Positions 40,126-55,285 of a stretch of DNA of 64,000 nucleotides are shown here, one piece after another. Below the pieces are notes generated by a model. That model made no database searches. It saw nothing but the letters and a program-made list of their open reading frames with translations, and was not told the DNA's origin. Made by a program: the position numbers and the translations under genes. Origin of the DNA: Eledone cirrhosa (taxonomy: Eukaryota). The stretch is from the NCBI GenBank assembly GCA_964016885.1, contig OZ024747.1, positions 54,808,001 through 54,872,000 on the forward strand. Direction: 5' to 3'. Each line of letters opens with the position of its first letter. Within the stretch, counting starts at the first letter, position 1.

Positions 40126-40919
40126 GTATATATGCATGTATATATATATATATCTATATATATAGATATACACGTAAATACACACGTATAAAATTACCGA
40201 GATTTTATGTTCATGTATGTACGATTGTGCGTATTGTAACAGTATCTCCATCATTCCGTATGATTGTGAGCGTGGTCATGATTCTGTATTTCTTATTGCC
40301 CCTTATGTCCTCCAACACTAAAAAAAATATGCAATGTAAAAACATTACTCATTTAAATGTATATATATATATATATATATATATATCAACGTGACATGTG
40401 TATGATTTTTTTTTCCTTTTATGGTGTGTGCTGGGATATTTTGTAGAGTATATTGTAGATATACGTGGATGATGTTCAGACATTAAATGTCGTATTTTTA
40501 ATTGTCAGAATAGTCTATTATAAAAGAAAACCAAATGGAAATTTTATCTGATTCTAAATGGATGTAAAATATAAAAGAAAACACTCAGACGTAGATATAG
40601 CTGTAGTAATAAAACTCTTTACAGGAAACGTGAGCAAAAGACAATAAAAGAAAACGTAGTAATCTGTCGGATAAAGGATTTGGCGCCAAAACAAATATTT
40701 TATTCGGGGCAGTGATTTTAATGATTTAGTTTCAAACCCCCAGTCCGGTATCTCGCTGTTTTGAACTGTAAGGTCGTTGGAACCTTAGGAAATCATGTTA
40801 ATATTTAGGCGATTATTATGATTTTATTTCCAAAGTATTTTAACAAGGAGGTGTAGGCAAGTGCGTACGTGTTCCTACGCACACACACACACACATACAT
40901 ACATATATATATATATATA

Positions 40920-41130
40920 TATTTATATATACATATTGACAGACACAAACACACATATACATAAATGTATGTATATATATATATTTATATATTTGTATAT
41001 ACACATTTATATATACATATTGACAGACACAAACACACATATACATAAATGTATGTATATATATATATATATATATATAATAGATATAGATATTTATATA
41101 TTTGTATATACACGTTCATATATACATATT
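40920..41130. repeat. Local tandem duplication of a TA/CA-rich unit
   Basis: CATATTGACAGACACAAACACACATATACATAAATGTATG occurs twice, plus a degenerate third copy. Confidence 0.7.
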
Positions 41131-41352
41131 CACACACACACACATATATATATACGTGAATGTGTATGTGTGTATATGTGATTGTGCGTGTGTGTATGTG
41201 TTTCAGTATGATCTTACTAATTGATACTATTAAGACCACTACTCAACATGGTGGTCCACACCTCAAGGCCAAGCTTAAGTGATTGAAGCAGTTTAAGGTT
41301 CAAACAAAGGCTTACTTGTTTTAAATACATATATAAATATGCTTCTCTATGC

Positions 41353-41386
<34 letters not shown>

Positions 41387-41396
41387 GTGTGTATGT

Positions 41397-41451
<55 letters not shown>

Positions 41452-41565
41452 CCTGTGTGTGCCTGTGTGTGCCTGTGTCTGTGCCTGTGTCTGTGCGTGT
41501 GTGCGTGTGTGAGTGTTTATGTGTTTATACGTGTGTATGGGTGTGTACGTATGTATGTATGTATG

Positions 41566-41628
<63 letters not shown>

Positions 41629-42274
41629 AATACGACTGTAAAAATGGAGCGAACAGAGAAATACAATCTTCAGCCAACCAATCGTTGTGTTTGCTGACAT
41701 CCCACGCATGTCCTTATTTTTGCTATATAAAGTATTTTAACCGTAACCTTCAGAATCTACGACAATAACTGTCAATATATTCACACCAGCAGTTTAGAAA
41801 ATATACAATAGTATAATAGGCCAGTAATGAGGTAAAATATATAAGACACTGCCCAATACCTATAGCGGGGTACAGTTAAATCATTTGATTACATGAGATG
41901 AGAATAGAAATCACACGCCAAACAAGATAGCTAATACATGAAAAGTGAAAGACAAAGTCTGAAATGAATCAGCTAATAGTTAAATTGAAAGAAAACTAAC
42001 GTCCCATAGAGAAACACGGCAGTGTGGTACATAAAAATGATTTGTAATTTAGGCACAAAGCCAGCAGTTTCGCGTGAGGGGAAGTTGATTTGATTGACCC
42101 CAGATGATTACTGCTGCTTTATTTTAACGTAGGGATGAAAAGTAAAGCTCAACAATGTTAATAATTTCATTATTAGCCACATCAGTCTCACATTAAGTAA
42201 ACATTACATATGATACTGGACGATACAATGTGAGTTTTATTTTGTGTATATATAGTATTTATATATATATATAT

Positions 42275-42819
42275 ATATTGTTATGCTTTGGGAGGGTCAT
42301 GTTGCCAATAAGAAACACACGCACCAGTTGCTTTCACTCCAATTTATTATAAATTAAATTTATAAATTTAAGAATTTATAAATTTCCGGTGGGTTGGTTG
42401 GTTCCATAACCGGACGGTTGTTCATATATTGTCAAAGTTCTTTCGTCACACATTCTGTGACCACTTCAGTGACTGGGGATTCTTTTCTTTGTTTTGTGCC
42501 TCTCCTTTGTTCTGTCCTATGCCATCTTGTGTTTTGGTGTTGCCACGTCGGCATAGTGGGGAAGGTTGAACCACGCTACGTGACGTGAGCGGCGATGTCG
42601 CCTGTTGGCTCCGCTGATGGAAGCTGGATGAAAGGAGATTTCCTCCCGAAATCCGCTTCGTTTAAGGGCCTGGTTGTAATGAGGAACATGTTCATCGAAT
42701 ATCTACTCATTAGTGGTGTGTTTCTTATTGGAAACATGACCCTCCCAAAGCATAACACTATCGGTTTCAACACACGTTTTCAGATAAAGAATCTCACAAA
42801 ACAGATTCAGAAACGAACG

Positions 42820-42833
<14 letters not shown>
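42275..42833. mobile_element. Foldback element in (TA)n carrying a Penelope-like RT thumb/linker fragment
   Basis: Arms 42275-42320 and 42716-42760. Minus strand 42711-42520 translates [48 protein letters not shown]. Confidence 0.85.
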
Positions 42834-42850
<17 letters not shown>

Positions 42851-42857
42851 AATATAT

Positions 42858-43009
<152 letters not shown>

Positions 43010-43191
43010 ATATACAATATTAAATAAATGGAAACTATATTTATAAAACCATATTTATTTCATTATATATATTTCAGGGATAACATATTAACAATATGCT
43101 ATGCCGTTTCGGACGATAGATAGATTTGGAATTGGAAAAAATGTCTTTAGATAAAAATAACAGATCCATTCAACAATTTAAATATAACTTT

Positions 43192-43237
<46 letters not shown>

Positions 43238-43239
<2 letters not shown>

Positions 43240-43396
43240 ATATATCTCATAAGAAATGATACAGCCAATTTTCCACACAATTCAATTAGTTAGCACCCCG
43301 AACGTTTAAATTAGGAATATACTCAGTTATTTCCTAATGTGTGTTGAGTGAGTTGGGATTTGGCCGGAGTATCGCTATGAGCTTTCTCCGATTATG

Positions 43397-43403
<7 letters not shown>
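43238..43403 (+). mobile_element. 3' fragment of the 15415-15730 family, without HHR
   Basis: Reverse complement of ~15418-15582. (TA)n on both sides. Confidence 0.8.
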
Positions 43404-43432
<29 letters not shown>

Positions 43433-43434
<2 letters not shown>

Positions 43435-43785
43435 AGCTGAATGAAAGGAGGTTTCCTCCCGAAAGCCGCTTCGCTTGAGGGCCTGGTTGTAATGAGGACC
43501 ATGTTCATCGAATATCTACTCATTAGCGGACAAAACAGATATGCGGAGGGAGATGTTTTTAACCAGGTTATTCGTGATGTTTCTAGGATGAATTACTCCT
43601 TGAAGAGTTCGGCTATTTATTAACACACTAAAAATTCTAATTTAGTCCAGAAATAGCCGTCGAAACGGGTTGAGCTCTGCCGTCGGGTTTAAACATTTTC
43701 CTATTACCCATTCTACTACCTTAAGTATTGAGTACTCTGGTGCGTTATCGTCCATCTGGTTCCTTACCACACCTCCTTCGTTATA
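43433..43785. mobile_element. 5'-inverted truncated Penelope-like insertion
   Basis: Minus strand 43590-43433 translates [42 protein letters not shown]. Plus strand 43600-43785 has HHR-like TTGAAGA..GAAATAGCCGTC and matches 44362-44470 and 59826-60024. Confidence 0.82.
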
Positions 43786-43872
43786 TATATATATATATAT
43801 ATATATACAGCATTTGTAATATACTCATATTAATGATTGTTGTTATCAATAATATACTTAATATTAAACTTT

Positions 43873-43924
<52 letters not shown>

Positions 43925-43986
43925 AAAGTTTAATATCAAGTATATTATTGATAACAACAATCATTAATATGAGTATATTACAAATG

Positions 43987-44017
<31 letters not shown>

Positions 44018-44053
44018 ACGAAGGAGGTGTGGTAAGGAACCAGATGGACGATA
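43745..44053. repeat. Near-perfect ~310-bp palindrome centred on (TA)n
   Basis: 43745-43880 is the reverse complement of 43918-44053, including an internal (TA)n. Confidence 0.92.
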
Positions 44054-44537
44054 TATTTTATTATTTATTATCTTTTAATCTCAATTTATTAACCTTTTAA
44101 TTCTATAACTTCCCACTCTCAGATTCCTCCAGTATCTTTTTTCGCTTGCTTCCTATCTAGCCTAATTTCATACACAATCCTTAGAATGTGCTGTATAGAA
44201 TTCCCTTTCAATGCTTGACCGGCTCCACCCACTCCCTTATTGTTCTACAGGCAACTTCAGCCACCCCCACCCTCACCCACTGCCATGAAAGATTTACTTG
44301 TGTTTACAAGACATTTTGACCAATCATTTTGACAACTACAATCTTCCCATATAAGGAATTACCCGTTTGAAAAGTTCGGCTATTTACTACCACGCCAAAA
44401 ATTCTAATTTAGTCCAGAAATAGCTGTCGAAACGGCTTGAGCTCTGCCGTCGGTATTAAACATTTTCCTGTTTACACATATATATATATATATGTATGTA
44501 TGAATGTGCGTAATTGTTTTTCACCGCTCCTATTAAT

Positions 44538-44822
44538 TATTCGTTTTTTCCCGTTCTTTGCCAGCGAACGTTTCCACGAACCAAAGTATCGTCTCCCTGT
44601 CTTCCTCCGGTTGCAACGTTTTTTGAAATATCCAGTTCTGCGTTTACAGATTGACTTTGTTAGTTTCAGAAGATCCCGTTAAGGGTGAAAGCAGCGATTG
44701 TTTGCTTAAGCTTTAATCTGTTATTTTAATAAATATTTGCTCAACGGTTCTTATATATTTGATATATATTTTCCTTATCGAGCCCTCTTTGGATTTTAGT
44801 CTTCAATTTTATTATTATTACT
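44538..44822 (+). mobile_element. Dispersed repeat ending in (TA)n, with a degenerate HHR-like motif
   Basis: CAGAAGA-TCCCGTTAAGGGT-GAAA at 44667-44690. Highly similar to 62386-62560. Confidence 0.75.
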
Positions 44823-45451
44823 ATATATATATATATATAAAATAAAATTTTAATATTAAGGATATTATTTATAACAATAAACATTAACATGAGTATATTA
44901 CAGATGCTGCTACTACTCGTCTTGTTGCTGCTGCTGCTGCTGCACCTGCTGCTACTGCTGTAGATGACGATGATGACATGATAATTCAATGGACTATCAC
45001 TCTACAAAACGCCTAATTGTTCAGCAATTAACCCGACATCTTACATGCGAATATAAACGTCATGCTGGATATTATAATCGCCGTTTTATTATTCTGAAAT
45101 GATGTAATAAAATTGGATTTGATAAAAAATCAAATCCCCAACTGTGCTGATGATGTAACAAGGCACAAGTATTTCATTCTATTTCCTTCCTTCCTTATAC
45201 TGCTTCTTTTTTACCCCAGCCCCACTATCTTTCACTTCATTCAACGTGTCCCCGTCTCATTATTGTACGTCCCAGTTTGGTTTTCTGCGCCTCTGTGTAT
45301 GTGTATGTGTATGTGTATGTGTCGTTTTTCCTGTGATGAGAAAGTTGGGTGGGATTTTTGTTGATGGTGGTCGTGGCAGTGGAATATATTATAATATTGC
45401 GTAATTGCTTCATGTACTTCTTCGCAAATATAAAATGTACACACACACACA

Positions 45452-45505
<54 letters not shown>

Positions 45506-45517
45506 CACCACACACAC

Positions 45518-45554
<37 letters not shown>

Positions 45555-45563
45555 CACACACAC

Positions 45564-45601
<38 letters not shown>

Positions 45602-45760
45602 ACTACGGAAATATAGTTGTATATATACATTACAGCTATACGTATATATGTGTGTATTTATACATAAATAAATTTACATACATTTGTGTACATAAATATA
45701 TGTAAATATCTATATATATATATATATGTACACACACACACACACACACAAACACACACA

Positions 45761-45827
<67 letters not shown>

Positions 45828-47032
45828 CTATGATACCAGCACGATTTATTCAGGATTGCCGATTTTATTTCCACTTTCATTTACTCCTTATAAAATTCAT
45901 TCTGCTCTGTTTTTCTTTTATAGTTTTTAAATTACTTTCCTTTCGTATGTATGTATGTATGTATGTATGTATGTATGTATGTATGTATGTATGTATGTAT
46001 GTATGCATATATGTATATGTGTATGTATGCATGTGTGTGTGTATACATATATGTATATATATGAATATGTATGTACATATATATGAACTCTCACACACAC
46101 TCACACAAATATATATATATATGTGTGTGTGTGTATGCGAATGAGTGTGATTGGGTGTGTGTGTTTTTTATGAAAAAGTGATGCTGCAGGGATAGAGTAG
46201 ATCTGAACGCTTTAGCCGAGATTACATTACGTTGACAATCATTAGGATTAAAGATGGAGACATGATGTGTGTATGGATGGATTTTCTCATCTTTAAAAGT
46301 ATTCTCCAGGAAATACGCTTATTCCGACGATCTTTCCGCTGTTTATCATTGGATTTTATATTTCTTTAAAGGTATATTCATTTTATTTTAAGCTTCAAAC
46401 TGTAAAAGCGGAAAAGGAATGGGAGATAAAAAAATACTCAGAAGAAATTAAACATAAACGATACTAAAAGAAAAGGATAAATGTGTGTTTCATTGTTAAA
46501 GACAAAATAATAGACATTGTGTTAACCCTGTGAACATACACTCCCTAAATTTGTTTTATTCAGGTCTTAAAAGTGCTTTTAAGTGATTTGTGAAATGGTG
46601 AGCTTTGTAAATCCTTTCACTTTTAACGAAATGATCTGGAGTTAAATCAGAAGGCGGAGACGACAAAGAAAGTTCCAGGCGTAAGGGATCATGTTAGAAG
46701 TTAATATAACTTATTTTGGCTTCGTTTCATGATTATATCCTTATTAAAATCTATTTTATCACCAGTCAATATCTCCATTCATCCATTTATTTGTCTATCT
46801 AACAATCCTTCATTCCATCTTTCCATATATCGATTCAACCGTCCACCCGTCTATAAATCTATCTATTCATCCATCTAGCTAGCTATCCATCTCTTCTCCC
46901 AGCCAGCCATGTAACCCGTTATTCACCCCTCCCTCTATATATCCATGCATCGAAACATGCATTTACCCACCCTTTTCTATCTATTTATCTATCTACTTAC
47001 CTATATATCTATCTATCTATATGTCTATCTAC

Positions 47033-47063
<31 letters not shown>

Positions 47064-47082
47064 CCTCTCTCTATATATATAT

Positions 47083-47115
<33 letters not shown>

Positions 47116-49414
47116 TCATCCATCCATGTACCCAACCATCATCCCATTGATCCATTCTTTCATCCATTCATCGCTCCAGCAATCGATTTATTTATCTATC
47201 AATCCATGCATCCATCAATCTACCTAATCATCCCTTCTTCCCTTCATTTATCTCTCTATCCATCAACCTGTTCAATGTTTCATTCCTACATATATTCTTG
47301 CATTTGTCTATCAATAAATTTCTCCAACCATTAATACGAAGTGTTATCCCCCAATCAGCTGACCAATCGATATCTCCTTGTGTACGACAGTTATTTGATA
47401 AGATGACGTAGTATGCAAATATAAATTGCTATACAATGTTACAGCTTCCTCACATTCGATGTGATTCGATCACCATTGGCCTGTCATCTTTCAAGCAAGG
47501 ACAGAAACATAAATAATATTCAAACACTGATGTTCTAGGAGAGGTGATTCTCGCATTCTCTATATTTTGTTTCATAATGCCATACCCCAGGGACTGCAAT
47601 GCATCTTGGGAATTTGGTGCCCATCTCTTTCCAGGCCTGAACACAGCCAATTCCTTCCAGAGAAATCGAGGGTGTGCGAGAGTGTGAGAGAGGGATATGG
47701 GTTGAGCAAAAATGAGAGAGGGAGGGGGAGAGAGAAAAGAAAACTCGATCCCAATACATTATTGATAGTTTATAATTTATCCTGGAATGAATGAATGGTA
47801 AAGTAGACCTCAAAGTTATTCGAACCCAGAGCGAATGCAATCGGAACGAATATTCTAAAACATTCTACCCAACATTTTAACGATTTTTCCAGTTCAACGA
47901 CCACCAAAAACACACTCGGATAAGTATGCTTATACGTCATTGAATGTATAGCTGGAAACAAACCTGGAGTAGGGAAGCTGTAGTCACTGAGGCTCTCATG
48001 TACAATGTTCTGAAAGATGTCTGCATTTTAAATGAAAACTTAATTTATTTTTATTACATAGTATTATAATTACTCATTAAATATATATAGGTGATTAGAA
48101 GGTCAGTTTATAGTTTAATTTCTTAATTATATATTTATTTATGATTGAATTTTCATGAACAAAAACTAATAATATATAAGCGTAATTAGGTTTTTAAATG
48201 AAACAAGTAATATTCCCAACTCTATAGTATATAATTACATTATTTATGTATATTTAATAAACATTTTGTTTTTAATTCGGCATTATTTGATAATACATTA
48301 TTCAATACAGCCTTCAGTTTTTCCATTCATTCTTTCTATTTCTTTAAATATAGTACCAACCAATCAAGTAATGTGGGTGGCCTTTCCGCTATCTCTCTTT
48401 AACCCCTTCTCTCTCCCTTTCTGTCTCTTTACCCCACCCTTCTTTATCTTCCTCACTTTCTCAAACAATCGCCCGTGTTTCGATCAAGGCACGTATGGGC
48501 TTCACGATGTTTGAAATGCACAATAAACGCCTGGTGTGAGGACGACGTTCATTTCAATCCATCAAGTTTTAAGAGTCTTTTACCTTATTTTCCCTCATTA
48601 AAATGCGGTCTTCAGATATGAAAAATATGTAAAACAATCGAATGAGGAATAGAAATGATGTTACCTTGGTAACATCTTCTCTGATTTTTGTTTATTTCCC
48701 CTCTTTCTTTCCTTCCACCTGACCTCGACATTCTCAAAAGTAAAGTATCCTTACCTCATTAAACTTCAGACTTCAAATGTATAGTGGCTCCCCACTATTG
48801 GTTTGATTACTGAAATGTTGCCATATATTTAAGAAAAACCATGCAAATAAACACATTTTTACACTTAAGAGAAATGGGCAATGTTTATGACCGTTAACAA
48901 GATCTCCGGGCTATGTTGAATGGAGAATAGGAGTTTATATTCAAACCAATGTCCTTGCCTGTGTTTCAAACACAATAGCCTCCGATAATGGCAATGGAGG
49001 AGATAAATATGGTAACGGATTATGATTAACACCTGACTAAAGACCTGTAACAAGAAACACTATTATCCAATTCTGCCTGACTACAACAGACCTAGACTGA
49101 TAGTTTAATTATAAGCATATAGGCAAGGTTGACCTCGGGGAGATTGTAATTCAGGACGTAATATCTTTGAAATAGGAGTAAAACGTAGGCCGTCCCATGT
49201 TCTAATCATTCAGCTAGATCACCATCAACATTAGCACCATCGTCATCAACACCAACAATAGCACCATCATCACTATCATCATCAGCAACATCACCAAATC
49301 ACCACCAACTCTACAACACTACAATCATCACCATTGCCAGTACCACCAACACTATCACCACTACCATTACCACTACCATCATCATCATTGCTATCATCAT
49401 CTTCATCACATCAT

Positions 49415-49445
<31 letters not shown>

Positions 49446-49479
49446 AGCAACACCATCATCATCATCATTATCATCAACA

Positions 49480-49668
49480 GGCGGTGGATTGGCAGTATCG
49501 GTAGAGGGTCGGACGCCATGCTTTCCAGCATAGTTACGTCCCTTTACGATCTGAGTTCAAATCCCGCCGAGGTTGACTTTGCCTTTCATCCTTACGGGGT
49601 CGATAAAATAAAGTACCAGTAATGCACTGGGTAATTGCTGGCCTTGTGTCAAAAGTAGAAACAATTAT
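49480..49668 (+). mobile_element. Full-length tRNA-derived SINE
   Basis: GGCGGTGGATTGGCAGTATCGG (A-box), GAGTTCAAATCC (B-box), core and tail. Confidence 0.93.
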
Positions 49669-49989
49669 CATCAACAACATCGTTACAGAACAATTTTTAC
49701 CATCAACACAGCTAACTCTCTCGTCATCAAAGACATTATTGTCACCATTAGCGTCATGTAACAACACCGTTGTCATTGTCATGCTTCTTGGATTTTAAAT
49801 CTTCTCTGTCATCTTCGTTTTCTAATGATTCTGCAAACGCCTGACCCATCCCTCCTCCCCACACCGGCGTCGCCGTTCCTCTTCATCGCTTCCTCATCAC
49901 CATATTTTTAACTTCTGCTACTCACCATCATTGCGTTGACACCCCCCCCCCCTCCCCAGAGCTATATCGCAAATGTCACTCAGCCACGG

Positions 49990-50365
49990 TCACGACCACC
50001 ACTACTACAACCACCACTACCACAACCACCACTACTATAACCACCACTACTACAACCACCACTACTAAAACCACCAATACTACAACCACCACTGCTACAA
50101 CCACCACTACTATAACCACCACTACTACAACCACCACTGCTACAACCACCACTACTATAACCACCACTACTATAACCACCACTACTACAACCACCACTAC
50201 TATAACCACCACTACTATAGTCACCACTGCTACAACCACCACTACTAAAACCACCACTACTACAAACACTACTATTACAACCCCCTATTTACAACCACCA
50301 CTACTACAACCACCACTACTGCAACCATCACTACTACAACCACCACTACTACAACCGCCACAACT
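49990..50365. repeat. 15-bp minisatellite (CCACCACTACTA(C/T)AA)n
   Basis: Direct reading. Confidence 0.9.
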
Positions 50366-50569
50366 ATCCCACAGTCACCACCACAAACACTTTCACTACC
50401 AACAGGAAATCATACCTCAAAACCACCACCCCATCCATATCACCACGAAAACCACCGCTACCAACACCTTTATCACATTAAAGCACCCCCGCCCCCCCCA
50501 CGCTCCAAAAGATGTAATAAAATAAATAAATAAAAGTAACACCAGCAAGAATAACAACAACAATGTCGT

Positions 50570-51330
50570 CACCACCACCACCACCAATACCACCACTAAC
50601 ACCTCCCCAACCACCACCATCAATACCACCACTAACACCTCCACAACCACCATCACCACCATCACCACCACCAGCAATACCAATACTAACACCTCCACAC
50701 CCGCCACCACCATCACCACTAACACTGCTTAGACCTCCACAACCACCACCATACCACCACCACCATTAACAACGCTAAGGCCTCCACAATCACTACCATA
50801 CCACCACCACCACTAACACTGCTAAGACCTCCACAACCACCACCATCACCACCACCACCACCATTAACACCGCTAAGACCTCCACAACCACCACCACCAT
50901 CACCATTAACACCGCTAAGACCTCCACAACCACCACCACCATCACCATTAACACCGCTAAGACCTCCACAACCACCACCATACCACCACCACCATTAACA
51001 ACGCTAAGGCCTCCACAACCACCACCACCACCACCATTAACACCGCTAAGACCTCCACAACCACCATTAACACCGCTAAGACCTCCACAACGAAGACCAC
51101 CACCACCACCATTAACACCGCTAAGACCTCCACAACGAAGACCACCACCACCACCATTAACACCGCTAAGACCTCCACAACCACCATTAACACCGCTAAG
51201 ACCTCCACAACGAAGACCTCCACCACCACCATTAACACCGCTAAGACCTCCACAACGAAGACCACCACCACCACCATTAACACCGCTAAGACCTCCACAA
51301 CCACTGCCATCACTAACACTACCACTAAAA
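50570..51330. repeat. Variable-length minisatellite, core CCATTAACACCGCTAAGACCTCCACAA + (CCA)n
   Basis: More than a dozen units of about 30-45 bp. Confidence 0.9.
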
Positions 51331-51598
51331 CCACAAATCCCCTCTCCACTATTGTCAAAGCCATCACCATAGTTTATTAAACTACCCCCTACGCCATACA
51401 ACCGTTGAAACTTTTCCATAAGAGACACGCCATCTTGTTTCTCTCTATTTTATTTTTATTTTATGTAATATTTCTTTATTTTACACATCCGAACATTTGA
51501 TATTGTTCTTCTTATATTAGAAGTTTATTTTCCATATATATATATATACATATGTGTGTGTGTTTGCGTGTGTGTGTGTGTATGTGTTTAATTGTATA

Positions 51599-51632
<34 letters not shown>

Positions 51633-53538
51633 CATATTATTAAAATAAATAAATAAATCATAAATACATAAATAATTGTTATTATTATTATTACTTTTAT
51701 TCGTTTTTGTCATTTATTCTACATCATTCTCTTCGTTTATTCAAATTATTTTTCCTAATCTTTTTTCTTCTTTCCCTTTTAACCCTTTTCGACCTTTATA
51801 CTTTAACTAATTGCTTTTCTATTAAACTTTTTTTCTTTGACTTTTTATATATATATACATTTGGTCGATGCATATTCCTGTTTTGTTGTTTTTTCCCCAG
51901 CTTTTTTCCATTTGAAATCTTCGTTTATGTATATTCATTCATTTATTATTTTTTTATTTTCTTTCCTTTAATTATCTGACTGAATCATAAGAGTGTCACC
52001 ACTCAAGTTGTTACAAAATAAGGAAGCAGTGTCACAATGGAGCCATTGCCCCAGTTGTAAACAAACGTCAATAGCTATAAACATAAACTCTAAACGGATG
52101 TAAATATGACGGTATTATACCGACACGAACGTATTTGATAGCGAATTGGTAGAATTGTTTAGGAATCAGACAAAATATTCTGCTGTATTTAGTTACAGTC
52201 CTCTTTGCATTGTAAGATGAAATCCCACCGAGGTAAATCTTGGCTGTCTTTCTTTCGAGTTTGATTGAGCAGCAATAAATATAAACTTTAACCAGAAGTA
52301 AATAAAGATTTTAACTTAATTGTTTAAATAAAGATTTTAAACAGCATTGTAACAGCATGAACTCATTCTTAATTCTTTAGTGACGAAAAGGCAGAATTGT
52401 TAGATCATCAAACAAAATCTCTTGCGTTCTGAGTCCAAAGATCATCGAAGTCGACTTTGCCTTACTTTCTGACGTTACTACCTCCAACACAACTACCAAC
52501 GTTACCAGAATTGCGAACATTACCATCACCTTTTGTTAGTAAATTGGAATAACGCTTAAAGTCTCTAAATATATGAACATTTTGGTTCTGAGTTCAAACG
52601 ACACTAAGCTTGAATTTGTCTTTCTTAAAACACTAATTGGATGTACAAATGGTGGTTTCATAACGATATGAATTTATTCTTCATTCCTTTGACACGAAAT
52701 GGCAAAAGGGTTTACACCGTCAGATAATATACAATGTTAAATACAATACATTTAGTTACGGCTCTTAATGTTCAGATTTAATTGACAAAGTTATCCAATT
52801 TCTTCTGTCGTTTTTAGCACTTAATGTGTATTTAACCCGAATTTTGTGAAGCTCCACCGGAGTAAGTGCCTAAAGTTAAACGAATAACAAGTAGCTTCTA
52901 CGAATTTCTTGACTGTCTTTTTCTGATTATTCCCAATTCACCATGAGGCTCTAACAACAATTGTTCGAGTAGATCAAACAACGAAAGGTACAGCTCATTT
53001 ATTTGAGGTGCATATCTCGGAGCATCTCACACACACTAAAGATCCAAGTACTCTTAACATAGTTCTCAGGGAGATTCGGTTTGGAAATGACTGACATGGT
53101 TGGCTCTTAGAATTAATGGTGTAATACATTTTTTTTCAGATAAGTGGAAAGGTGGAACCTGACATGGAGGATAATTTACACACTAGATACAAGGTACTCG
53201 ATTCAGGAATCGAAATCACGACCTTACAATCTTGAAAACAACACCTTAACTATTATGCCATAAGCCTTCATATTTTATCTATATCTATTAGCATTCTCTG
53301 AATTCTAATTAAAGTTTGAATAACTACATCCACAATGAAACATTGTGTTCATTTGTCGAGTCACACTCTTTAAAAACATATTATTTTCTCTGCTATAAGA
53401 TCACAGAGATTTTCTTTAGTTTCTCTCTTCATACGAATGAACTCGACATACATAAGTACATACATATATACATACATACTTACATACAGGCATATATCTA
53501 TGTATATGGGTATATACACACACAGGCACGCTTATATG

Positions 53539-53585
<47 letters not shown>

Positions 53586-53697
53586 TTCGAATTGGTATAC
53601 CACAACCCCACACCAGAAGCTTTCATGCGTTTGACAGCAGTCATACCACAAGTATTGAATACATTTTCTCCAGTTTTTACGCACACACACACGTGTG

Positions 53698-53740
<43 letters not shown>

Positions 53741-54259
53741 CTGTGTGTCTGTGGGTACATATACATATACACATATATATGTATGTATACTCATCTATAT
53801 ATAAGTGTGTGTATGTGTGTTTGTGTGTGTGCGCGTGCATGGGTGTGTATTGCGACCGTCTATGTGCTTTATATACATAATGATGATGTTCTTGGTAAAT
53901 AAATAATAAACAAGAAAGAAAAGACTCCTACAGAAATCTATTCATTTATTTCATATAAATGTTGGGAATATTAATAGAGTTAGACATCAAATATATTCAT
54001 GGTCTATTTGATTATTTGTAATGAACTGTATTGATCAATATGTGATTAGTTTTATTGACTTTTAAGAAACGACTGGAAAAAAGGTGATGTGACATTCATG
54101 GCGGTTTTTAAGTGAATTGAACTTCGAATTCAGGGAAATCGAAACCAGGATGCTCAGAAATCTAATTCAGTATGCGCCAATTTACTCCTTGGGGTGAAGA
54201 AAAATATAATTTAAAGAAATATAACATAAATATACTATATGGATTAGGAGTTTCGAACA

Positions 54260-54545
54260 TAATTCTCTGCGGTATTTAGCTTCTAGTTTTTATGTTTGGA
54301 TTTTAACTACATTTAATATCAAATATTGCTTTCATTGATATTGGGGTCGATAACATAATGAACCGTTCAAATACTGGGGTCGATAAAATAAAGTTTAGGT
54401 CAATTACTGTGGTCGATGAAAGAAAGTATAGGATACGTCCTGGGGGTCGATAAAATGAAGTACCGGTGAGTTACTGGGGATGATAAACTACAATATTGGT
54501 CAAATACTAGAGTCTATGTAATCAACAAAAACCTCCCACCAAACC
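54260..54545 (+). repeat. Degenerate SINE with ~33-bp core tandemly amplified
   Basis: (C/T)TGGGGTCGATAAA-like motif recurs 5-6 times between 54341 and 54520. Confidence 0.7.
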
Positions 54546-55129
54546 ATTTAATTATATCACTACCACTAACCAGATGACATTTTGAGAGCGTCTAATCAGC
54601 GTCCTCTCACCTTACAGTATAAGAAACAATAGAAACGGTAATATATTCCCAATATATGATAGAAAATGCAGTAGAACGACGAGCCATGCATGTATTATAT
54701 ATCATTTTAAGGAACAGAAAATTAATCATTTATCCAACCGCAAATATTTCGTGACTCCAAAGTTTACGGTGGTGAATGTTCCAAATCTTTGATGAGTGAA
54801 ACACCTTGCTTGTGAATTTAACGTGGAAGTCTCTAAGCATTTTCCACACAAGTATAGATGTCTGACAAAGCTATTTAAATTAAAGTTGATCGGAGTAACG
54901 TCAAATTAAATATCTTAGTTAAGGACACAACACGTTGGCACATAACAGGTTGTGACTCGTACTCACAACTTCCCTGTTGTGAGCTGAGCCCCATTAGCAC
55001 TAAATGATTCGCTAATCCCGATATATTTTATTGCAATAAATACAATCATAATCACTTAGAAATATTTAACAAACACATCATCGACAAAATTTCAATATTA
55101 CAAACATCTTGACATAGGGTTAAGCTCCT

Positions 55130-55285
55130 TTACAATCTAAGTTTAAATCCTGTCGAGGTTAGCTTTGCCATTCATCCTTACGGGGTCGATAGAACCAAGT
55201 ACCAATATTGCACTGGTGTCGATTTAATTGACTTTCTCACTTCCTTAAAATTGTGGTCTTTATTCGTAAATCAGAGACCAATATT
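55130..55285 (+). mobile_element. tRNA-derived SINE, diverged
   Basis: GAGGTTAGCTTTGCCATTCATCCTTACGGGGTCGATA. Confidence 0.8.

Noticed and set aside
50793-51428. Gly-rich 211-aa ORF as a structural protein
   Set aside because: It coincides with a (CCA)n-based minisatellite, lacks a signal peptide and a true ATG start, and has no splice evidence. It cannot be fully excluded without RNA data.
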